This document shows positions 27,817-36,626 of a stretch of DNA of 47,222 nt, piece by piece. Source of the stretch: Flavobacteriales bacterium (GTDB taxonomy: Bacteria; Bacteroidota; Bacteroidia; Flavobacteriales; Flavobacteriaceae); the NCBI GenBank assembly GCA_011525195.1, contig WTIP01000056.1:1-47222 (forward strand). Reading direction: 5' to 3'. Each line of letters begins with the position of its first letter. The first letter of the stretch is position 1. The position numbers and the translations under genes are program-made. The notes under the pieces were generated by a model. That model did not search any database. It was not told the origin of the DNA and saw only the letters and a program-made list of their open reading frames with translations.

Positions 27817-29178
27817 TTAATAATGAAAACGTTCACTCTCTCCCATGTAGGGATCTCCTTTAGCGAGTAGCGGGGCTTTTGTTAATTCTTTGAAAACAAT
27901 AAAGATGAATAATCCAAAAAAGAAGAAAAATCCTCCAATTTCTGCAGCCCCAATAAACCATTGATCTCCAACAGCTGATGGCATAATCATATTAAAAACA
28001 TCCATATAGTGTCCAAGTATAATGACAATTCCAGCCATTACGATAAAATAATTGACTCGCTTATAATCACTATTCATCAAAATGAGTAGAGGAAAAATAA
28101 AGTTCATCACAAGCATTCCAAAGAAAGGCAGATTATAATCTTCAATACGCGTAATAAAATAGGTTACCTCTTCTGGAATATTGGAATACCATATCAACAT
28201 AAATTGTGAAAACCATAAATAGGTCCAGAAAACACTGATTCCAAACATGAATTTTCCAAGATCATGAATATGGCTGTCATTGACAAATTCCAAATACCCT
28301 TTTGATTTTAAATAAATGGTGATTAATGCAATCGTTGTAATCCCTGAAACAAACATACTGGCAAAAACATACCATCCAAATAACGTACTAAACCAGTGAG
28401 GGTCTATCGACATAATCCAGTCCCAAGACATGATAGATTCTGTTACAATGTAAAAGACGAGAAAGGCTGCAGAGATTCTAAAATTCTTTTTGTGGTTTGA
28501 AATGTCATCAGCCGTATCCTGAGCAAGAGAAAACTTTCTCGAGAAATACCGGTAGAGTGTCCACCCCGAAAGGTAAAAAAACGCTCTTAAGAGAAAGAAA
28601 GGTGTATTTAAAAAACCTGTTTTACCTGCAATTAATTTATCGTGAGCTACCACCTCAGGATCCATCCAAATAAAAAGATGATTCAGGTGCATCCCTGAGA
28701 GTGCTAATAATACAATTACAATAATACCGCCAGGAAGCAGATAAGCTGTAATTCCTTCCATGACTCTGAAAAGAACAGGTGACCATCCCGCTTGAGCAGC
28801 ACGCTGTATCGCATAAAAAGCCAATGTCCCCAATGAAATCATAAAAAAGAAGAATGCCGCTACATATAAGGCAGCCCAAGGTTTATTGCTCAGCTGATGG
28901 AATACATGTTCGTCATGCGCTGCATCATGGGTATTTTCATGAGAAGGGGTAGTATGAGTCTCCACTTCATGGGTCTCTGCTGAGGCGTGAGAACCCGCCG
29001 TGCTGTCATCGGAATCATGAGAGGAACCATGACCTTCTCCATGACTTGCAGTAACGATGGCTTTGGCTTCTTCTACGGTTTTAGGTGCAATTAAAAAGCC
29101 ATAAACTAATCCCATAAAGCCTATTGCCATAAAAGTAAAAGCTAAATTTCTAAGTTTATTTGGAAAGGTATACGTCAT
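27817..29178 (-). CDS. actF: alternative complex III subunit ActF (NrfD-like quinol-interacting membrane subunit 2)
   Basis: Polytopic membrane protein in the last position of the act cluster. The track start (29190) is TTG; ATG at 29178 is preferred. It contains a His-rich loop after TM1. Confidence 0.78.
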   Translation of the reverse strand: MTYTFPNKLRNLAFTFMAIGFMGLVYGFLIAPKTVEEAKAIVTASHGEGHGSSHDSDDSTAGSHASAETHEVETHTTPSHENTHDAAHDEHVFHQLSNKPWAALYVAAFFFFMISLGTLAFYAIQRAAQAGWSPVLFRVMEGITAYLLPGGIIVIVLLALSGMHLNHLFIWMDPEVVAHDKLIAGKTGFLNTPFFLLRAFFYLSGWTLYRYFSRKFSLAQDTADDISNHKKNFRISAAFLVFYIVTESIMSWDWIMSIDPHWFSTLFGWYVFASMFVSGITTIALITIYLKSKGYLEFVNDSHIHDLGKFMFGISVFWTYLWFSQFMLIWYSNIPEEVTYFITRIEDYNLPFFGMLVMNFIFPLLILMNSDYKRVNYFIVMAGIVIILGHYMDVFNMIMPSAVGDQWFIGAAEIGGFFFFFGLFIFIVFKELTKAPLLAKGDPYMGESERFHY

Positions 29179-29192
29179 TGTTCTCTTCAATA

Positions 29193-29741
29193 TTATTTAA
29201 CTAATTTACTTCTCAATTCCATCACGTGCTGGGCAATTTGCCAGCGCTCTTCTGCATTGACTTGGCCTGCGTGAGAGCCCATTGCATTTTTACCATACAT
29301 CAGGACGTGGTAAATACTTCCAGAGGTGATGTCACGATCTGCATAGCTGGGCACCCCAAGAAATTTCTCTCTGGTCATGAGTATCCCTTGACCGTCTCCT
29401 TTATTGCCATGACATACGGCACAATAAATTCCATAAAGTTCTTTTCCTGTTGCACTATTTTCAGCTGTTGCTTCTAAAGGGGATTTTAAATCCGCTTTTG
29501 CCGCTTCATATCCTTCATTTGTATCCGGATAGTCATAAGGTTCCCAACCTCTCGCTACCGAGCCCGCTACTGGGAGCTGTGCTTCTATACCATTGGCAAA
29601 TGCATCTGAATCAGCATAGGTCTCATAACCAACAGGTTCGTACATATTGGGAAAGTATTGGTAATTGGGCTTTGAAGGGTCAAAGCATGACTGCATTACC
29701 ATTAAAACAATTACTACGAGTATTAAGCCCCTATAATTCAT
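29193..29741 (-). CDS. actE: alternative complex III monoheme cytochrome c subunit ActE
   Basis: 182 aa with a lipoprotein-type signal (VMQSC) and a single CxxCH (CAVCHGNKGDG). It directly abuts the actD stop. Confidence 0.85.
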   Translation of the reverse strand: MNYRGLILVVIVLMVMQSCFDPSKPNYQYFPNMYEPVGYETYADSDAFANGIEAQLPVAGSVARGWEPYDYPDTNEGYEAAKADLKSPLEATAENSATGKELYGIYCAVCHGNKGDGQGILMTREKFLGVPSYADRDITSGSIYHVLMYGKNAMGSHAGQVNAEERWQIAQHVMELRSKLVK

Positions 29742-30269
29742 TTATTCTGACTTTTCGATTATGGATAATTCTATTGCCCCTGATTTTTTTAATAATTTTT
29801 CAAGTTCTTTCTGATTATCATGAATTTCAATCTCAACGAGAAATTTATCATCCGTTGTGAGTGGATTTGGATTTTCAGCTTCTTTGAAAGGCCATAATTT
29901 GCTTCTCAAATAAAAAGTAATCACCATGAGGTGTGCAGCAAAAAATACGGTCATTTCAAACATAATAGGAACAAAAGCGGGCATATTTTCTAAATAGGAA
30001 AAGCTGGGCTTTCCTCCAATATTCTGTGGCCAGTCTTCAATCATGATAAAATTCATCATGGCTACGGCAACACATAGACCGATACAGCCGTATATGAAGG
30101 CCATAATGGCAATTCGTGTTTCTTCTAAGCCTAGCGCTTTGTCTAATCCATGGACTGGAAAAGGGGTATAGACCTCTTCGATGTGATAATGCTCAGAACG
30201 GATTGTTTTGACCGCACTTAAAAGCACGTCATCGTCATCATAAAGGGCGTGTACTACTTTATTACTCAT
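29742..30269 (-). CDS. actD: alternative complex III membrane subunit ActD (DUF3341-like)
   Basis: 175 aa with two TM helices. Its position is between actC and actE, and its ATG overlaps the actC stop by 4 nt (ATGA). Confidence 0.8.
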   Translation of the reverse strand: MSNKVVHALYDDDDVLLSAVKTIRSEHYHIEEVYTPFPVHGLDKALGLEETRIAIMAFIYGCIGLCVAVAMMNFIMIEDWPQNIGGKPSFSYLENMPAFVPIMFEMTVFFAAHLMVITFYLRSKLWPFKEAENPNPLTTDDKFLVEIEIHDNQKELEKLLKKSGAIELSIIEKSE

Positions 30270-31654
30270 GAGTTACCGTCTCTTAATTTTTTATACTTCT
30301 CTCCAGAAGATTTGAGTATTGTTTTTACCTCTGCCTGTGCAATAACAGGGAAAGTACGTGCATACAATAGGAATAATACAAAAAAGAAACCTATTGTACC
30401 TATAAAAATCCCTATGTCCACAAAAGTGGGAGAAAACATGGTCCATGAGGAAGGCAAATAATCACGATGTAATGAGGTCACAATAATTACAAAACGCTCA
30501 AACCACATACCAATATTAACAACAATAGAGATGATAAACGAAAACATAATATTCGTTCTTAGTTTTTTAAACCACATAAACTGTGGGGAAAATACATTAC
30601 AGGTCATCATTGACCAGTAGGCCCACCAGTAAGGTCCTGTTGCTCTATTCAAGAATGCGTACTGTTCGTACTCAACTCCAGAATACCAAGCAATAAAAAG
30701 CTCTGTAATATAAGCGACTCCCACTATTGATCCAGTGATCATAATGACAATATTCATGAGCTCTATGTGCTGTACTGTAATATAGTCTTCTAAATGAGAA
30801 ACTTTACGCATGATGATGAGTAGTGTATTTACCATTGCGAATCCAGAGAATATGGCTCCTGCCACAAAGTAAGGTGGGAAAATAGTAGTGTGCCAGCCGG
30901 GAATTACAGAAGTGGCGAAGTCAAAAGATACAATGGTATGAACAGACAGTACAAGCGGTGTTGCCAGTCCTGCTAAAACAAGGGAAACTTCTTCAAAACG
31001 CTGCCAGTCTTTGGCACGTCCTGACCACCCAAAACTCAATAAACTGTATATTTTTTTCTGAAAAGGCAATGCCGCACGATCTCGGATCATTGCAAAATCC
31101 GGTAGTAGCCCCGTCCACCAAAATACTAAGGAAACAGTAAGGTAGGTTGATATTGCAAAAACATCCCATAGCAAAGGAGAATTGAAATTTACCCAGAGCG
31201 AACCAAATCCATTGGGTATCGGCAATACCCAATAGGCTAACCAAGGTCTTCCCATATGAATAATAGGGAATAAGCCTGCTTGAATCACAGAAAAAATAGT
31301 CATGGCCTCCGCAGAGCGGTTGATCGCCATACGCCATTTCTGTCTAAATAATAGGAGAACAGCGGAAATCAGTGTTCCGGCATGACCAATACCTACCCAC
31401 CAAACAAAATTGGTAATGTCCCAGGCCCAACCTACAGTCTTATTGAGACCCCAGGTTCCTATTCCAGTCGAAATTGTGTATATAATACAACCTACACCCC
31501 ATAATAAAGCGGTCAGTGCAATACCAAATACAATCCACCACTGTTTATTTGCAGCTCCCTCAACAGGTGCAGCAACATCAATAGTAACATCGTGATAGGA
31601 CTTATCTCCTGTTACAAGCGGTTTTCTAATGGGTGCTTCGTAGTGCGATGCCAT
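30266..31654 (-). CDS. actC: alternative complex III subunit ActC (NrfD/PsrC-like polytopic membrane subunit)
   Basis: 462 aa with about 10 TM segments, an NrfD-like sequence, and a position after actB. Confidence 0.88.
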   Translation of the reverse strand: MASHYEAPIRKPLVTGDKSYHDVTIDVAAPVEGAANKQWWIVFGIALTALLWGVGCIIYTISTGIGTWGLNKTVGWAWDITNFVWWVGIGHAGTLISAVLLLFRQKWRMAINRSAEAMTIFSVIQAGLFPIIHMGRPWLAYWVLPIPNGFGSLWVNFNSPLLWDVFAISTYLTVSLVFWWTGLLPDFAMIRDRAALPFQKKIYSLLSFGWSGRAKDWQRFEEVSLVLAGLATPLVLSVHTIVSFDFATSVIPGWHTTIFPPYFVAGAIFSGFAMVNTLLIIMRKVSHLEDYITVQHIELMNIVIMITGSIVGVAYITELFIAWYSGVEYEQYAFLNRATGPYWWAYWSMMTCNVFSPQFMWFKKLRTNIMFSFIISIVVNIGMWFERFVIIVTSLHRDYLPSSWTMFSPTFVDIGIFIGTIGFFFVLFLLYARTFPVIAQAEVKTILKSSGEKYKKLRDGNS

Positions 31655-31670
31655 AGGTTTTTATTCTTCG

Positions 31671-34600
31671 TTATACCTTATCGTCCGTATTTCTAACTTT
31701 TACTTGATACATTACATTTGGTTTTGTACCGACGTGTTCTAATAAATGATACATGCGGTCCCCTTCATGTAATGCAGCAACTTTACTCTTTTTATCATTG
31801 AGGTCACCAAAGACCATTGCTCCAGTTGTACAGGCATTAGAACAAGCTGTTTGGAATGTACCGTCTTTAATTTCTTCTCCTTTTAATTTGGCATCAAGAA
31901 TTGTTTTCTGTGTCATTTGAATACAGAGCGAACATTTTTCCATCACGCCTCGAGAACGAACCACCACATCTGGGTTTAGTACCATACGGCCTAAATCATT
32001 ATTCATGTGGTAATCAAACTCGTCATTTTTATTATATAAGAACCAATTGAAACGACGTACTTTATAAGGACAGTTATTGGCACAATAACGCGTTCCTACA
32101 CAGCGGTTATAAGCCATATGGTTTTGACCTTGTCTCCCATGGGAACTCGCTGCAACTGGACAAACTGTTTCACAAGGTGCGTGATTACAATGCTGACACA
32201 TCACGGGCTGAAAAGCCACTTGGGGATTAGCAGCAGCCTGCTCCATCTCGCCAAATGTATTTAATGAATCGCCTATGCCTGAGATTTCTTCTTTCGTTTG
32301 GTTATCTCCTTCAAAGGAAGTAGCGGAAGAATAATAACGGTCAATTCGCAACCAATGCATATCTCGTGATCTTCTTACTTCACGCTTACCTACTACAGGT
32401 ACATTGTTCTCTGCATGACAAGCCACTACGCAAGCGCCACAACCTGTACAGGCATTGAGATCAATAGAAAGGTTAAAATGGTGTCCAATACTTCGATCAA
32501 ATTCTTCCCACATATCTACTTCAGGAGAAGTAACATCAAACTCAATATGATTTTTTGAAACTTGAGGGGTAGGATTCCAGTATTTTTTATCCTGGGTATT
32601 AAAAATTTCTAAAGTAGTCTCTTTGACAATGTCGCCACGACCCATTAGTGTATTGTGCAACTGAACACAGGCAAATTCGTGCTCACCTGAGTCTGACTTG
32701 AGGGTCACCTCTTGAATACGTTCAAAATTGTGATAGAGTTCATAGGCATTTACCCCCGTTTGCATTTCTTTTTTGAGTCCCATACGCGGACCATAACCGA
32801 AAGCCAGTCCTACAGTGCCTTGGGCTTGTCCAGGCTGAACAACAACTGGGACTTTTAGTGTTTTTCCTTGCACACTAACAGCCGCATAACTTCCATTTAA
32901 AGCCCCATTAGAGGTATTCGTATTTGTTAATCCCAAGGCTTTAGCATCGGTCATGGAAATGGTTAAATAATTATCCCAACTGACTCTTGTAATTGGATCT
33001 GGAAATTCTTGAAGCCAAGGATTATTGGCTTGCTGACCATCACCCATACCCGTCTTGGAATATAATACCAGACTCATACCGGATGTTGAGGCTGTTTTTA
33101 AATCCGTTGTATCAAGAGTAGTAAGATCAGGATTGATAGGCTCTAGCTGCTCAGCCTCTATTGAAAAATAGCCGTCGTGCAAAGCCTTACTCCAAGAAGA
33201 ACCATCTAGAATAGATTCATTCCAGTGGTTCTTGATTTCATCGTAATACTTGGTATTTTGACCCGCTAAACGCAGCAATACATCCTGAAATTGTTGTGTA
33301 TCAAATAAAGGGCGAATTGTGGGCTGTGCCAACGCAAAATGACCTGATTTAAATTGATAGTCTCCCCAAGATTCTAGATAATGAGGTGTGGCCGCTACAA
33401 ATCTTGAAGCCGCAGCTGTTTCATCAAGTTTTGAAGTAAAGCTTAATGAAAATTCGAGGTTTTGTATCGCCTCAGCTAAGGCTTTCCCGTTTGGTGTTGT
33501 AAATACTGGATTTACACCTACTGTAATTAATCCACTTACTGTGCCAGATGTAATAGATTCAAGAGCCTGTTGGACTGCTTTAGCCTCTCCTTGTCTAATG
33601 AGTTTAGGAGATTCAGGTTGAAAGGCTTTGCTTTTCAGTTGCGTATTTAAAGCAAGTATAACCGCTTGTGCCGTATCGTCTTCGATCCCAGAAACAATTA
33701 CCCCATCGGCTCCCGCATTTGTGAGTGCTGCAAGTGCTTGGTCGGCCATCGGCTTTAAGCCTTCCGCAAGTTGACCAGCTGAACCCAAAACAAGACGGTC
33801 ATAGAAATAGGCTAAAATATTTTTTTGGTCTGCAGGTGTACATGGCATACGGTAATCTGCATTGGCACCCGTCAGTGATAAATTAGATTCAAAGTGAAAA
33901 TGCTTTGACATAGCTGCTTTGCCAGCTACTCCTCTGGGTGTTTTGGCATGCGCATATCCTTTTGCATAGCCGCCACCTTGCCAATCTCCTAGAAAGTCTG
34001 CATCTACAGAAACTATCGCTTTGGCTTTTGAAAAATCATAATCTGCTAGGGCTCTTTTGCCATAATAAGCTTCGTAAGCATTGAGGGCAGCATCACATGA
34101 AATAGCGTCATAAGTTAGAGGACGTATATTTGGATAAGCAGCAATAAAATCACCGATAATCTTTTGCGTGGTAGGACTTGGCAATGTGGGTGTTATAAGG
34201 AGAATTTCTTTATTAGTAGCAGCTAGTGCTTTAAGCATAGCCCCTACCTGTAAATAAAAATCATCCCACGATATATCTTCACCATTTGCTAAAGGACCCT
34301 GTAAACGAAGTGTATCATAGAGCGACAAAACAGAAGCGTGTACTCGGGCATTTGCAATTCCCATTGTTGGGGCTTCTGGATTACTTTCAACCTTTATCGG
34401 TCTGCCTTCTCTGGTTTTGATTAATATACTGCCAAAGTCAAATCCGTCCGCTATACTCGTTGCGTAGTAATTGGCAATACCAGGGCGTATTCGTTCTGGC
34501 TGAACCACATAGGGTACTGATTTGATTACAGGACCCTCACAAGCTGCAAGTGTAGCAGCAGCTGTACTAAATCCAACATATTTTAAAAAATCTCTTCTTG

Positions 34601-34748
34601 AAGTACTGCTCTCTTCCAAGGTTTTTTCATCGCTTAGAAAATCTTCTGGAAGCTTAGATACAAATTCGTTGTGTTCTAATTTTTGAACTGTTTCATTAGA
34701 AGGATCTAATTGAGCAATATTTTTCCAATAAGTTTTGTTTGATGCCAT
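31671..34748 (-). CDS. actB: alternative complex III subunit ActB (Tat-exported molybdopterin-oxidoreductase-like + 4Fe-4S domain)
   Basis: Twin-arginine signal SRRDFLKYVGFSTAAATLAAC, a MopB-like N-half, and Cys clusters in the C-half (CTGCGACVVACH; CQHCNHAPCETVCP; CVGTRYCANNCPY). In-frame ATGs occur at 34781, 34769 and 34748. I chose 34748 (MASNKTYWKN...), which leaves 20 nt after the actA stop; the true start is uncertain. Confidence 0.88.
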   Translation of the reverse strand: MASNKTYWKNIAQLDPSNETVQKLEHNEFVSKLPEDFLSDEKTLEESSTSRRDFLKYVGFSTAAATLAACEGPVIKSVPYVVQPERIRPGIANYYATSIADGFDFGSILIKTREGRPIKVESNPEAPTMGIANARVHASVLSLYDTLRLQGPLANGEDISWDDFYLQVGAMLKALAATNKEILLITPTLPSPTTQKIIGDFIAAYPNIRPLTYDAISCDAALNAYEAYYGKRALADYDFSKAKAIVSVDADFLGDWQGGGYAKGYAHAKTPRGVAGKAAMSKHFHFESNLSLTGANADYRMPCTPADQKNILAYFYDRLVLGSAGQLAEGLKPMADQALAALTNAGADGVIVSGIEDDTAQAVILALNTQLKSKAFQPESPKLIRQGEAKAVQQALESITSGTVSGLITVGVNPVFTTPNGKALAEAIQNLEFSLSFTSKLDETAAASRFVAATPHYLESWGDYQFKSGHFALAQPTIRPLFDTQQFQDVLLRLAGQNTKYYDEIKNHWNESILDGSSWSKALHDGYFSIEAEQLEPINPDLTTLDTTDLKTASTSGMSLVLYSKTGMGDGQQANNPWLQEFPDPITRVSWDNYLTISMTDAKALGLTNTNTSNGALNGSYAAVSVQGKTLKVPVVVQPGQAQGTVGLAFGYGPRMGLKKEMQTGVNAYELYHNFERIQEVTLKSDSGEHEFACVQLHNTLMGRGDIVKETTLEIFNTQDKKYWNPTPQVSKNHIEFDVTSPEVDMWEEFDRSIGHHFNLSIDLNACTGCGACVVACHAENNVPVVGKREVRRSRDMHWLRIDRYYSSATSFEGDNQTKEEISGIGDSLNTFGEMEQAAANPQVAFQPVMCQHCNHAPCETVCPVAASSHGRQGQNHMAYNRCVGTRYCANNCPYKVRRFNWFLYNKNDEFDYHMNNDLGRMVLNPDVVVRSRGVMEKCSLCIQMTQKTILDAKLKGEEIKDGTFQTACSNACTTGAMVFGDLNDKKSKVAALHEGDRMYHLLEHVGTKPNVMYQVKVRNTDDKV

Positions 34749-34768
34749 ATACTTTTTTTGATCGCTCA

Positions 34769-36082
34769 TTAATAGTGACATTTACCACATTCTAGCCCGC
34801 CCATTTGAGCGACTGTAAGTTTTTCTACCCCGTACTTTTTAGAGAGTGCTTCATGAATTTTTGCATAGTATTCATTGCTCTCTACTTTCACATTAGTTTC
34901 TCTGTGACAGTTTATACACCATCCCATAGTTAGAGGGGAGTATTGATACATAATTTCCATTTCTTCTACGGGACCATGACATTTTTGACAAGCAATCTCG
35001 CCGACCTCAACATGCTGTGCATGATTGAAATAAACAAAGTCTGGTAGATTATGAATCCTTACCCATTTAACAGGCTGCGTTTCACCTGTATAGCTTTGGT
35101 TGGTTTCATCCCAGCCTACTGCTGCATATAATTTTTTGATTTCTTTGGTATAGAAGTCTTTGGTATACCCATTTTCAAGATCTTCTTCTCCATTGTATTC
35201 TGCGATATTTCTATGACAGTTCATACATACATTGAGGGATGGAATGCCAGAGTGCTTAGAAACACGAGCTGAAGAGTGGCAATATTTACACTCAATTTGA
35301 TTAGCCCCTGCGTGAATTTTATGGGAGTAGTGGATGGGTTGAACAGGCATATAACCTTGGTCTACACCAACCTGCATAAAGTAACCATAGACAAAATAGG
35401 CACTACTCAAAAGCAGGAGTACGACCGTTACAATTATCAAAAATTGATTTTGTGCAAAAGAAACCCAAATGGGTGTTCTTTTGATTTTAGGTTCTGGTTG
35501 GATATCAACCCCACTTGCTGCTGCAATTCTTAAAAGTGTCTTTTGCACCAAGAAGAGCATAATAATGAGAATAAGGAAAACCAAAGCGAGTGCCCCGATA
35601 ATAATGGTATTACTGAGGCTTGAGCCCGCCGACTGTGTTGCAACTGCACCAGCAGTAGCAGCGGCAGCAACAGGAGCTGGAGGTGTATAATCGGTATAGG
35701 CAATAATATTGTCAATATCCTCATTGGAGAGTTGGGGGAAAGAGGTCATCACAGAACCATTATACTCTTCATAGATGGCTACAGCCTGAGCATCACCAGA
35801 CTTAACCATGGCCGTACTGTTTTTTATCCAGCTGTAAAGCCATTCCCTGTCGTATTTTGCGGAAACTCCCTGAAGTGCTGGACCAACGGCTCTCTTATTC
35901 AGCTTATGACAAGCTGCACAATTGGCATTAAATAATTTCTTACCGGCTTGAACGGCCGCATCCTCTTGAGCAAAGGCTCCTGAAGGAAATAAAAAACCAA
36001 TAGAAAGGATTAAAGCAGGTAGTACAAATTTGAACTGATCCTTACTCTTATAAAGCTGAAAAAGGTGTTTTATGAAATCCAA
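34769..36082 (-). CDS. actA: alternative complex III multiheme cytochrome c subunit ActA with extra N-terminal monoheme domain
   Basis: Six CxxCH motifs: CAACH, CKYCH, CMNCH, CQKCH, CINCH, CGKCH. Order is signal peptide, class-I cytochrome c-like domain, Ala/Pro linker, two TM helices, then the pentaheme domain. The only start preserving the signal peptide is TTG at 36082. Confidence 0.85.
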   Translation of the reverse strand: MDFIKHLFQLYKSKDQFKFVLPALILSIGFLFPSGAFAQEDAAVQAGKKLFNANCAACHKLNKRAVGPALQGVSAKYDREWLYSWIKNSTAMVKSGDAQAVAIYEEYNGSVMTSFPQLSNEDIDNIIAYTDYTPPAPVAAAATAGAVATQSAGSSLSNTIIIGALALVFLILIIMLFLVQKTLLRIAAASGVDIQPEPKIKRTPIWVSFAQNQFLIIVTVVLLLLSSAYFVYGYFMQVGVDQGYMPVQPIHYSHKIHAGANQIECKYCHSSARVSKHSGIPSLNVCMNCHRNIAEYNGEEDLENGYTKDFYTKEIKKLYAAVGWDETNQSYTGETQPVKWVRIHNLPDFVYFNHAQHVEVGEIACQKCHGPVEEMEIMYQYSPLTMGWCINCHRETNVKVESNEYYAKIHEALSKKYGVEKLTVAQMGGLECGKCHY

Positions 36083-36105
36083 ATGATAAGTTCTAAAATC
36101 CGTAA

Positions 36106-36113
36106 CAAATTTA
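36106..36113 (-). promoter_or_regulatory. candidate -7 box TAAATTTG for the actABCDEF-cox operon
   Basis: Plus-strand caaattta reads TAAATTTG (a perfect TAnnTTTG) on the minus strand, with 23 nt to the TTG start of actA. Confidence 0.35.
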
Positions 36114-36238
36114 ATTCATAGACCGCTTATTACAGAGTGTTTAAATCAAGATTTTAATAATTTATAATGATTCTAAATAAATAAATTGATTTGTTAAATA
36201 ATAGTACTTTTAAAAATAAAAATTTGTTTTTTTGCACT

Positions 36239-36625
36239 ATGAAAAAATCAACTTGGAACCCGCTATTTTTGGTGCTTTTTACGCTTAATGGTGCATTAAG
36301 TTTTGGTCAAGCCACAAATTTGATTGTTAAACAAGACCCTCGAATTGATAGCTTGCTAGCCATAAAGATTGAACTAGATCGTGCGCGTTTTGCCAATAGC
36401 TATTTCACATTACAATTGTACTATGGTGATCTTAAAACCGCTGAAGTTCTTCTTGATAGCGCTAAAAATATCTACCCTCACCTTCCTGTTGAATTGAGTT
36501 TTGAAACACCAAATTACAAAGTACAAGCAGGTCGATTTAAAGATAAAATCAGGGGCCTAAAGACCTTAGATACCGTAAAACGTAATTTTCCTTCTGCTTT
36601 TTTACTTACAAGAAGGGAAGAGTAA
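36239..36625 (+). CDS. SPOR domain-containing protein
   Basis: The ATG at 36239 gives MKKSTWNPLFLVLFTLNGALSFGQA (signal peptide); the track start at 36191 is TTG. The C-terminal ~75 aa resemble a SPOR fold (YFTLQLYYGDLKTAEVLL...YKVQAGRFKDKIRGLKTLDTVK). Confidence 0.65.
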   Translation: MKKSTWNPLFLVLFTLNGALSFGQATNLIVKQDPRIDSLLAIKIELDRARFANSYFTLQLYYGDLKTAEVLLDSAKNIYPHLPVELSFETPNYKVQAGRFKDKIRGLKTLDTVKRNFPSAFLLTRREE

Positions 36626-36626
36626 T

